Virus record (IMG/VR): IMGVR_UViG_2675903324_000015
Location: 1 to 37,665 of that record
Direction: 5' to 3' (one strand)
DNA: 37,665 nt
Origin: a virus
Taxonomy: Duplodnaviria; Heunggongvirae; Uroviricota; Caudoviricetes
Below, one piece after another: positions 29,416 to 37,665 of this stretch. The notes under the pieces were generated by a model. That model saw only the letters and a list, made by a program, of their open reading frames with translations. It was not told where the DNA came from and made no database searches. The stretch's first letter is position 1, and each line of letters begins with the position of its first letter. Made by a program: the position numbers and the translations under genes.

Positions 29416-29718
29416 ATGAGCGATAAGCAGACTGAAAAGACTATTCAACTGGATACCCCTATCAAGCGCGGTAAAACGGAAATCACCGAAATTGTGCTGC
29501 GTAAACCGCAGTCTGGTGCACTGCGCGGTACACGCCTGCAGGCCATTATGGATATGGATGTGAACGCGATGATGACCGTGATCCCCCGCATCTCCAGCCC
29601 GGCACTGACTGCACAGGAAATTGCAGAGATGGACCCGGCAGATCTCACCGCTATGTCGGTTGAGGTTGTCACTTTTTTGTTGAAGAAGTCGGTGCTTGCC
29701 GGTTTACCGACAGCCTGA
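29416..29718 (+). CDS. E: Tail assembly chaperone E (0-frame product)
   Basis: 100 aa ORF immediately before the tape-measure gene. Confidence 0.7.
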   Translation: MSDKQTEKTIQLDTPIKRGKTEITEIVLRKPQSGALRGTRLQAIMDMDVNAMMTVIPRISSPALTAQEIAEMDPADLTAMSVEVVTFLLKKSVLAGLPTA

Positions 29719-29852
29719 CGGTTGACGATCTGGTGGCTGATATCGCCACCATCTTTCACTGGCCGCCATCCGTTACTGACGTTATGCCGCTGACCGAAGT
29801 GCTGGAATGGCGGTATAAAGCGATTCAGAGAAGCGGGGCTAACGATGAGTGA
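29674..29852 (+). other. Programmed -1 frameshift: slippery TTTTTTG (29674-29680) and E' extension ending at TGA 29850-29852
   Basis: T6G heptamer in the E frame; the -1 frame stays open for 57 codons and ends overlapping the T start. Confidence 0.6.
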
Positions 29853-32800
29853 TAATAACCTGCGCCTGCAGGTCATTCTTAATGCGGTTGACAAACTCAC
29901 CCGCCCATTCCGTGCTGCACAGGCCAGTTCGAAAGAGCTGGCTGGCGCAATCAGAAACTCCCGTGACGCATTAAAGCAACTCAATCAGGCGGGTAACAGC
30001 CTGGAAAAATTTCGCAAGCTGCAGGCCGATAACAAAAAGTTAGGCGACAGGCTGAACTATGCCAGACAGAAGGCAAATTTGCTTAGTTCTGAGCTGGAAG
30101 CGATGGAACAACCATCACAACGGCACCTTGTGGCTTTAGGTCGGCAAACGCTGGCAGTCCAACGCCTGGAAGAACAACAAAAATATTTGCAGAAGCAAAC
30201 GGCGCTTGTGCGTGCAGAACTGTACCGGGCGGGAATTTCTGCGAAAGATGATGCGGGAGCAACTGCCCGTTTAGCCCGTGAAACATCACGTTATAACCAG
30301 GAACTGTCGAAACAGGAGGCGCGGCTGAAGCGACTGGGGGAAGCTCAGCGCAGGATGAATGCAGCGCGTGCCAGTTATGCCCGTTCGCTGGAGGTGCGCG
30401 ATCGCATCGCAGGAACCGGAGCCACCACCACGGCGGCAGGGCTGGCAATGGGGACGCCAGTGATGGCGGCAGTAAAAAGCTATACCAGCATGGAAGATGC
30501 CATGAAAGGTGTGGCAAAGCAGGTCAATGGTCTGCGTGACGATAATGGCAACCGCACTGCACGTTTTTATGAAATGCAGGATGCCATCAAAGCTGCCAGC
30601 GAACAGTTGCCGATGGAAAACGGTGCGGTGGACTTCGCTGCACTGGTTGAAGGTGGTGCGCGTATGAACGTTGCAAACCCTGACGACAGCTGGGAGGACC
30701 AGAAACGTGACCTGCTGGCCTTCGCCTGTACGGCAGCAAAGGCGGCAACAGCCTTTGAGCTGCCAGCGGATGAACTGTCAGAAAGTCTGGGGAAAATCGC
30801 CCAGCTCTACAAAATCCCTACCCGCAATATTGAACAGCTCGGTGATGCGCTGAACTATCTGGATGATAACGCCATGTCGAAAGGGGCAGACATCATTGAT
30901 GTCATGCAACGCCTGGGCGGTGTGGCTGATCGTCTGGATTATCGTAAAGCGGCGGCGCTGGGTTCCACCTTCCTGACACTGGGCGCTGCGCCAGAGGTTG
31001 CAGCCAGTGCAGCAAACGCGATGGTGCGTGAATTGTCCATTGCCACCATGCAGAGCAAGAGTTTCTTTGAAGGGATGAATCTGCTGAAACTCAATCCTGA
31101 AGTGATTGAAAAGCAGATGACGAAGGATGCGATGGGAACCATCCAGCGCGTGCTGGAGAAGGTGAACGCGCTGCCGCAGGATAAGCGCCTGTCTGCCATG
31201 ACCATGTTGTTTGGTAAAGAGTTTGGCGATGACGCGGCGAAACTGGCAAACAACCTGCCGGAACTGCAGCGCCAGCTAAAACTGACAGCGGGCAATGATG
31301 CGCTCGGTTCCATGCAGAAAGAATCCGACATCAACAAAGACTCACTTTCTGCTCAGTGGTTGCTGGTCAAAACCGGAGCGCAGAACACCTTCAGCAGCCT
31401 GGGCGAAACGCTGCGCCAGCCGCTGATGGATATTCTGTTCACGGTGAAAAGCGTCACGGGGGCGTTGCGTCGCTGGGTGGAAGCTAACCCGGAACTGACG
31501 GGCACACTGATGAAAGCGGCGGCTGTTGTGGCTGCGGTTACCGTGGGCCTCGGCACCTTAGCGGTGGTGTTAGCTGCAGTGCTGGGGCCGCTGGCAGTGA
31601 TCCGTCTGGGGTTCTCTGTGCTGGGTATCAAAACGTTACCTTCCGTTACGGCAGCAGTAACTCGAACCAGCAGCGCGTTGTCCTGGCTGGCTGGCGCACC
31701 ACTGGCACTGCTGCGACGCGGGCTTGCTTCATCGGGCCACGCTGCGGGTTTACTTACTGCGCCGTTGTCGTCTTTGCGCCGCACGGCATCACTGACGGGA
31801 AATGTCCTGAAAACTGTAGCAGGTGCGCCGGTTGCACTTTTGCGGTCTGGATTATCCGGTTTACGTGCTGTTGCTGTGATGTTTATGAATCCTCTGGCGG
31901 TACTGCGTGGTGGACTGGCCGCCGCAGGCACGGTGCTGCGAGTACTTGCATCTGGTCCACTGGCGATGCTGCGCGTTGCCCTGTATGCCGTATCTGGTCT
32001 GTTAGGTGCTCTGCTCAGTCCGATAGGTCTTGTGGTTACTGCACTGGCGGGCGTGGCGCTGGTTGTCTGGAAATACTGGCAACCCATCACCGCATTTCTT
32101 GGTGGCGTGGTGGAAGGATTCAAAGCGGCGGCAGGTCCCGTCAGTGCAGCATTCGAACCGCTTAAGCCCGTGTTCCAGTGGATTGGCGACAAAGTACAGG
32201 CGCTGTGGGGCTGGTTTACTGATCTGCTGACGCCCGTTAAGTCAACCTCTGCCGAACTGCAGAGTGCAGCGGCAATGGGGCGGAGATGCGGGGAGGCACT
32301 GGCGGAAGGGCTGAATATGGTCATGCATCCGCTGGACTCCCTGAAATCCGGCGTTTCCTGGTTGCTGGATAAACTCGGCATTGTCAGTAAAGAGGCTGCA
32401 AAGGCGAAACTGCCGGAAAGCGTGACGCGTCAGCAACCTGCGACGGTGAATGCAGACGGTAAAGTGATGATGCCATCGGGTGGTTTTCCGTCATGGGGAT
32501 ATGGCTTTGCGGGGATGTATGACAGCGGCGGCTATATCCCGCGCGGGCAGTTTGGCATCGTCGGTGAAAACGGGCCGGAAATTGTTAACGGCCCGGCAAA
32601 TGTGACCAGCCGGAGAAATACAGCTTCACTGGCTGCCGTTGTTGCCGGAATGATGGGCGTTGCTGCCGCGCCTGCAGAGCTTCCACCGTTGCATCCTTTG
32701 GCACTTCCCGCGAAAGGCGGCGAAGCGATGGTGAGTCGTGCAGCCACTGTGCCGCCAGTTCAACGGATTGAGGCACCGACGCAGATCATCATTCAGACGC

Positions 32801-32922
32801 AGCCAGGACAAAGTGCGCAGGATATTGCGCGGGAGGTGGCCCGCCAGCTTGATGAACGTGAACGCAGGCTGAAGGCAAAAGCCAGGAGTAACTACAGCGA
32901 TCAGGGGGGATACGACGCATGA
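29845..32922 (+). CDS. T: Tail tape-measure protein T (1025 aa)
   Basis: Size, position, coiled-coil N-terminus, internal Ala/Leu/Gly-rich repeat block. Confidence 0.85.
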   Translation: MSDNNLRLQVILNAVDKLTRPFRAAQASSKELAGAIRNSRDALKQLNQAGNSLEKFRKLQADNKKLGDRLNYARQKANLLSSELEAMEQPSQRHLVALGRQTLAVQRLEEQQKYLQKQTALVRAELYRAGISAKDDAGATARLARETSRYNQELSKQEARLKRLGEAQRRMNAARASYARSLEVRDRIAGTGATTTAAGLAMGTPVMAAVKSYTSMEDAMKGVAKQVNGLRDDNGNRTARFYEMQDAIKAASEQLPMENGAVDFAALVEGGARMNVANPDDSWEDQKRDLLAFACTAAKAATAFELPADELSESLGKIAQLYKIPTRNIEQLGDALNYLDDNAMSKGADIIDVMQRLGGVADRLDYRKAAALGSTFLTLGAAPEVAASAANAMVRELSIATMQSKSFFEGMNLLKLNPEVIEKQMTKDAMGTIQRVLEKVNALPQDKRLSAMTMLFGKEFGDDAAKLANNLPELQRQLKLTAGNDALGSMQKESDINKDSLSAQWLLVKTGAQNTFSSLGETLRQPLMDILFTVKSVTGALRRWVEANPELTGTLMKAAAVVAAVTVGLGTLAVVLAAVLGPLAVIRLGFSVLGIKTLPSVTAAVTRTSSALSWLAGAPLALLRRGLASSGHAAGLLTAPLSSLRRTASLTGNVLKTVAGAPVALLRSGLSGLRAVAVMFMNPLAVLRGGLAAAGTVLRVLASGPLAMLRVALYAVSGLLGALLSPIGLVVTALAGVALVVWKYWQPITAFLGGVVEGFKAAAGPVSAAFEPLKPVFQWIGDKVQALWGWFTDLLTPVKSTSAELQSAAAMGRRCGEALAEGLNMVMHPLDSLKSGVSWLLDKLGIVSKEAAKAKLPESVTRQQPATVNADGKVMMPSGGFPSWGYGFAGMYDSGGYIPRGQFGIVGENGPEIVNGPANVTSRRNTASLAAVVAGMMGVAAAPAELPPLHPLALPAKGGEAMVSRAATVPPVQRIEAPTQIIIQTQPGQSAQDIAREVARQLDERERRLKAKARSNYSDQGGYDA

Positions 32923-33404
32923 TGATGGTGCTGGGATTGTACGTGTTTATGCTGCGCACCGTTCCGTATCAGGAACTGCAGTATCAACGCAGTTGGCGAC
33001 ATGCGGCAAACAGCCGGGTAAACCGTCGTCCGTCCACGCAGTTTCTGGGACCGGACAACGACATGCTGACGCTTTCTGGTGTTCTTATGCCGGAGATAAC
33101 GGGCGGCAGGCTGTCGTTGCTGGCTCTGGAGCAGATGGCAGAACAGGGAAAAGCATGGCCCCTGATTGAAGGCAGCGGCACGATTTACGGCATGTATGTG
33201 ATTGAGGGACTGAATCTGACTAAAACGGAGTTTTTCCGCGACGGTATGCCGCGGCGGATTGAGTTCACCCTGTCGCTCAAACGGGTGGATGAATCCCTGT
33301 CCGATATGTTCGGTGATCTCAGTACGCAACTGAATAATCTGCAGGACACGGCAACATCTGCCTTAAGTGATATCAGTAAAACGGTGGGAGGGCTGCTGTC
33401 GTGA
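32919..33404 (+). CDS. U: Tail protein U
   Basis: 161 aa, position. Confidence 0.7.
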   Translation: MMMVLGLYVFMLRTVPYQELQYQRSWRHAANSRVNRRPSTQFLGPDNDMLTLSGVLMPEITGGRLSLLALEQMAEQGKAWPLIEGSGTIYGMYVIEGLNLTKTEFFRDGMPRRIEFTLSLKRVDESLSDMFGDLSTQLNNLQDTATSALSDISKTVGGLLS

Positions 33405-34501
33405 ATTTCAGCTCTGAACTGCTTAACAAAGGCAACAAAACTCCCGCATTCAGCATCAGTATTGAGGGCAGGGATATCACCACTGTGCTGGATAACCGCC
33501 TGATGAGGCTGACGCTGACGGATAACCGGGGCTTTGAAGCGGACCAGCTTGATCTGGAGCTGGACGACGCCGATGGAAAAATAGCGCTGCCGCGCCGTGG
33601 TGCGGTCATTACGCTGGCGCTGGGCTGGAAGGGGCAGCCGCTTTTCCCGAAAGGGGCATTCACGGTGGACGAGATTGAACACACTGGCGCACCGGACCGC
33701 CTGACTATCCGGGCGCGAAGTGCTGATTTTCGTGAAACGCTGAATACCCGCCGTGAAAAGTCGTGGCACAAGACCACTGTCGGGGAAGTGGTCAAGGAAA
33801 TAGCCGCGCGTCACAAGCTGAAGATGGCACTGGGTAATGACCTGTCGGATAAGCCCGTGGAACATATAGACCAGACTAATGAGAGTGACGGCAGTTTTCT
33901 GATGCGGCTGGCGCGCCAGTACGGTGCTATCGCGTCAGTGAAAAATGGCAATCTGTTATTCATCCGACAGGGACAGGGTAAAAGTGCCAGCGGTAAACCA
34001 CTGCCGGTGATCACTATCACACGTAAGGACGGCGACAGTCACCGCTTTACCCTGGCAGATCGCGGAGCTTACACGGGCGTAATTGCCAGCTGGTTGCATA
34101 CTCGCGAACCCTCGAAGAAAGAAAGCACCACGGTGAAGCGTAAGCGCAGGACTAAGAAGCAGAAGAAAGAGCCGGAAGCGAAGCAGGGCGATTACCTGGT
34201 GGGTACGGATGAAAACGTGCTGGTACTTAATCGCACTTATGCCAACCGGAGCAACGCCGAACGAGCGGCGAAAATGCAGTGGGAACGCCTGCAACGCGGC
34301 GTTGCGTCATTCTCGCTACAACTGGCGGAAGGTCGGGCAGATCTCTACACGGAAATGCCAGTGAAAGTCAGTGGCTTTAAACAGCCGATAGATGATGCGG
34401 AATGGACCATTACGACTCTGACGCATACCGTCAGCCCGGATAACGGTTTTACGACCAGTCTGGAGCTTGAAGTGAGGATTGATGATTTCGAAATGGAATG
34501 A
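33401..34501 (+). CDS. D: Tail protein D
   Basis: 366 aa, position before ogr. Confidence 0.75.
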   Translation: MNFSSELLNKGNKTPAFSISIEGRDITTVLDNRLMRLTLTDNRGFEADQLDLELDDADGKIALPRRGAVITLALGWKGQPLFPKGAFTVDEIEHTGAPDRLTIRARSADFRETLNTRREKSWHKTTVGEVVKEIAARHKLKMALGNDLSDKPVEHIDQTNESDGSFLMRLARQYGAIASVKNGNLLFIRQGQGKSASGKPLPVITITRKDGDSHRFTLADRGAYTGVIASWLHTREPSKKESTTVKRKRRTKKQKKEPEAKQGDYLVGTDENVLVLNRTYANRSNAERAAKMQWERLQRGVASFSLQLAEGRADLYTEMPVKVSGFKQPIDDAEWTITTLTHTVSPDNGFTTSLELEVRIDDFEME

Positions 34502-34591
34502 TTCTTCGCAATGGAGAACTTTTAAGTTTGCAAAATGGAATAATGCGGTATCATTATTGTGAATTTAGCAAAAATGGGGAGAACTCGAAAA

Positions 34592-34810
34592 ATGATGATT
34601 TGCCCACTGTGTGGAAGTGCCGCCCATACTCGCAGCAGTTTTCAGGTATCTTCATTGACCAAAGAGCGTTACAACCAGTGCCAGAATATTAACTGCAGCC
34701 ATACTTTTGTTACCCATGAAACTTTTGTTCGTTCGATTGCAACGCCAAAAGAGTCAAATCCGGTTCAGCCGCATCCAATGAAATCAGGACAGGTGGCGCT
34801 CTCTCTTTGA
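34592..34810 (+). CDS. ogr: Late-gene transcription activator, Ogr/Delta/B-type zinc finger (72 aa)
   Basis: CPLCGSAAHTRSS...YNQCQNINCSHTF matches the Ogr C2-C2 zinc-finger pattern. Confidence 0.85.
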   Translation: MMICPLCGSAAHTRSSFQVSSLTKERYNQCQNINCSHTFVTHETFVRSIATPKESNPVQPHPMKSGQVALSL

Positions 34811-34811
34811 C

Positions 34812-34832
34812 GCTGCCGCCATTTTGTCGCCA
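34812..34832. repeat. attR core: 21-bp direct repeat GCTGCCGCCATTTTGTCGCCA
   Basis: 20/21 identical to 20-40; sits right after ogr, before host genes. Confidence 0.6.
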
Positions 34833-34890
34833 TCGTTAAAAAACAGTGCTTCTAACCTCATGATTTTAAATAGAATAAATTTTAGGCAAC

Positions 34891-34933
34891 AAAAAACCCA
34901 TCAACCTTGAACCGAAATGGCGGGGTTGATGGG
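34891..34933 (-). terminator. Intrinsic terminator hairpin on the minus strand, about 110 bp downstream of ybjL
   Basis: 10-bp inverted repeat CCCATCAACC/GGTTGATGGG followed on the minus strand by TTTTTT. Confidence 0.45.
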
Positions 34934-35045
34934 CTCCACAAAATGGGGACATCAAAGAAAAGCAGTGGCACTAATTAAGACTGATGCCCTGCGGAAAAGT
35001 TCTGCGGTTGTGCAAAAAAATTTCATTTTCAGGGCAACTTCAGTT

Positions 35046-36731
35046 TTATCCTAATCCTGGCCATACCATGACGATGATTGTCCCTGCCAGCGTCAGCAGG
35101 ACGTTGGCGATTGCGTAGGTGCCCGCATAGCCCAGCGCAGGGATGTTACTGCGAGCTGTATCACTGATGATCTCCATTGCCGGCGCGCAGGTGCGTGCGC
35201 CCATCATTGCGCCGAACAACAGTGCGCGGTTCATTCGCAATACATAAGCACCGAACAAGAAACAGATAACCACGGGCACAAGACTGACAATTAATCCGGC
35301 AATCAACATCTGACCGCCAATCGCGCCCAGGCCGTTATTAATACCGCTACCGGCGCTCAGACCAACGCCTGCCATAAACACCATCAAGCCGAACTCTTTC
35401 ACCATGCTTAATGCACCTTGCGGAATGTAACCGAAGGTCGGGTGGTTAGCACGCATAAAGCCCAGCATAATTCCGGCGAATAACAACCCGGCAGCGTTCC
35501 CCATGCCGAAACTGAATGTGCTGAACTGGAAGGTGATCATCCCGATCATCAGCCCAATAACAAAGAAGGCGCAAAATGCCAGCAGGTCAGTGACCTGGCT
35601 GTGAATCGAGATAAAGCCGATGCGATCGGCGATGGTTTTTACGCGACGGGCATCACCGCTGACTTGTAAAACGTCACCTTTGTTAAGCACGACGTTGTCA
35701 TCTATCGGCATCTCAATCTGGCTACGAATGACGCGGTTAAGGAAGCAACCGTGATCGGTCAACTTCAGTTGTGCGAGACGTTTACCTACAGCGTTATGGT
35801 TTTTAACGACCACTTCTTCAGTGACGATACGCATGTCGAGAAGGTCACGATCGAAAACTTCTTTACCGTTACGGAAGCTGGGATCGAGTCGGGCATGGGC
35901 GTCGGGATAGCCTACCAACGCTATTTCATCGCCCATTTGTAGCACGGCATCACCGTCTGGATTTGCCAGAATCCCGTTACGTCGAATACGTTCAATGTAG
36001 CAGCCGGTTTGTCGATAAATACCCAGTTCACGCAGATTTTTGCCGTCGGTCCAGGCCACCAGCTCCGGGCCGACGCGATAGGCGCGGATCACCGGTAAAT
36101 AAACCTTACGGTTGGCATCAGTGTCCAGGCCACGTTCGCGGGCGATTTGCTGGGCGCTGGTCTGTAAGTCCTGATGCTGCAATTTCGGCAAGTAACGCGC
36201 ACCAACAATCAAACTCACCAGACCGATTAAATAGGTTAAGGCATATCCGAGGCTCAGATTATCCAGTGCCAGTGAGAGCTGCCTGCTTTCCATACCGGAA
36301 TGACGCAGTGTATCGCCAGCACCGACCAGAACCGGTGTCGACGTCATAGAGCCTGCTAACATACCGGCCGTCAGGCCAATATCCCAGCCAAACAGCTTAC
36401 CTAACCCTAAGGCGATCACCAGCGCACTGCCAACCATCACCAGTGCTAACATTAGGTAATTTTTCCCATCGCGAAAAAAAATGGAAAAAAAGTTCGGTCC
36501 GGCTTCGACCCCGACGCAGAAAATAAACAGCATAAAGCCAAGATTAAGCGCATCGGTGTTAATGCTGAAATGTTGTTGGCCTAATAACAGCGATACGACT
36601 AAAACGCCAATGGAATTACCCAGTTGGATCGAACCAAGTCGTAACTTTCCGAGACATAGCCCAAGCGCGAGGACCACAAATAATAACAGAATGTAATTCC
36701 CATTTAACAATTCGGCGACGTTTATATTCAC
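35046..36731 (-). CDS. ybjL: Putative transport protein YbjL (host gene), 561 aa
   Basis: Multi-pass membrane protein with central soluble domains; recognised as E. coli YbjL. Confidence 0.75.
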
Positions 36732-37000
36732 GGAGGCTAACTTCTTGTTTACTAGTAAGCTGTTGAAAGAAATGGTAATTTACGATAATGTTTTTTACCA
36801 GAATTCAGGGCGCAGATTCATTCAGCGCACCTAAACGATAGTAAAGTAACAATATATTTTACTAGTGTAATCACATTAGGTATCAACGGCTATATGAATT
36901 GCGTTGGCCTATATTAGCATGGAATGCGAAGCGGCTTTATCTTACTGAACGCCACACTGGCGAAAAATGTGTTCGATAGACGCAGTGTCAGGAGGAACGA

Positions 37001-37378
37001 GTGAAACATAAACAACGTTGGGCGGGGGCAATCTGCTGTTTTGTCCTCTTCATTGTGGTTTGCCTTTTTCTGGCGACGCACATGAAAGGCGCTTTTCGGG
37101 CTGCCGGGCATCCTGAAATCGGCTTGCTGTTTTTCATTCTTCCTGGAGCAGTTGCCAGTTTCTTTTCACAGCGTAGAGAAGTCCTGAAACCTCTATTTGG
37201 CGCAATGCTGGCGGCACCCTGTTCAATGCTTATTATGCGGCTGTTTTTTTCACCGACCCGCTCATTCTGGCAAGAGCTGGCATGGTTACTAAGCGCGGTG
37301 TTCTGGTGTGCGCTGGGGGCACTGTGTTTCTTATTTATCAGTAGTTTGTTTAAACCACAGCACAGAAAAAATCAGTAA
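37001..37378 (+). CDS. ybjM: Inner membrane protein YbjM (host gene)
   Basis: 125 aa hydrophobic protein between ybjL and grxA, as in E. coli. Confidence 0.65.
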   Translation: MKHKQRWAGAICCFVLFIVVCLFLATHMKGAFRAAGHPEIGLLFFILPGAVASFFSQRREVLKPLFGAMLAAPCSMLIMRLFFSPTRSFWQELAWLLSAVFWCALGALCFLFISSLFKPQHRKNQ

Positions 37379-37407
37379 AGCCCTCAACGCGAGGGCTTGT
37401 CAGACGA

Positions 37408-37665
37408 TCAGGCGTCCAGATTTTCTTTCACCCATGCAGCAAAATCGGTATAGCCGCCGATATGTTGCTGATCGACAAAAATCTGCGGCACGGTTTCTAC
37501 GGGTTTACCTGCCTTTTGTTGTAGATCTTCTTTAGTAATCCCTTCCGCACGAATATCTACATACTGATACTGAAAATCATCGCGTTCATTGCTCAATTTC
37601 TCAGCCAGATCTTTTGCACGCACACAGTAAGGGCAACCCGGACGACCAAAAATAACGGTTTGCAT
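37408..37665 (-). CDS. grxA: Glutaredoxin 1 (host gene), start codon at the window edge
   Basis: CPYC active site (MQTVIFGRPGCPYCVRAK), 85 aa. Confidence 0.9.
   Translation of the reverse strand: MQTVIFGRPGCPYCVRAKDLAEKLSNERDDFQYQYVDIRAEGITKEDLQQKAGKPVETVPQIFVDQQHIGGYTDFAAWVKENLDA

Noticed and set aside
31353-32381. 342-aa ORF on the - strand
   Set aside because: Antisense to the tape-measure gene; Ala/Ser/Pro-rich low-complexity translation typical of an antisense frame.
34833-35045. Possible tRNA or sRNA gene at the integration site
   Set aside because: No cloverleaf-compatible sequence recognised by eye; the only clear structure is a terminator-like hairpin.

Overview
The window is almost entirely one complete P2/186-family (peduovirus-like) prophage, about 34.8 kb, integrated next to the E. 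coli ybjL-ybjM-grxA locus. It is bounded by a 21-bp direct repeat (20-40 and 34812-34832, one mismatch) that I read as the att core. Left to right: integrase (-), an AT-rich three-gene cassette (-), a 186-type switch (CI repressor, Apl, CII), early genes including a Dam-like methyltransferase and a PAPS-reductase-like protein, replication initiator A, a LexA-box-controlled operon with a DinI-like gene, a secreted moron, a cos-like site, a PRTase + DprA-like pair, then the P2-order structural and lysis genes through ogr. The terminase large subunit carries an in-frame TAA stop. Three blocks look like acquired cargo and are the best candidates for an accessory (possibly anti-phage) system: (1) 1132-3646, a membrane-anchored protein, a GNAT-like protein and an ASCH/PUA-like protein between int and cI; (2) 12158-13697, the phosphoribosyltransferase + DprA/SLOG-like pair between cos and the portal gene; (3) 22127-22879, a reverse-strand 2-TM protein between S and V. 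All calls rest on reading the translations and motifs by eye; no database search was run.
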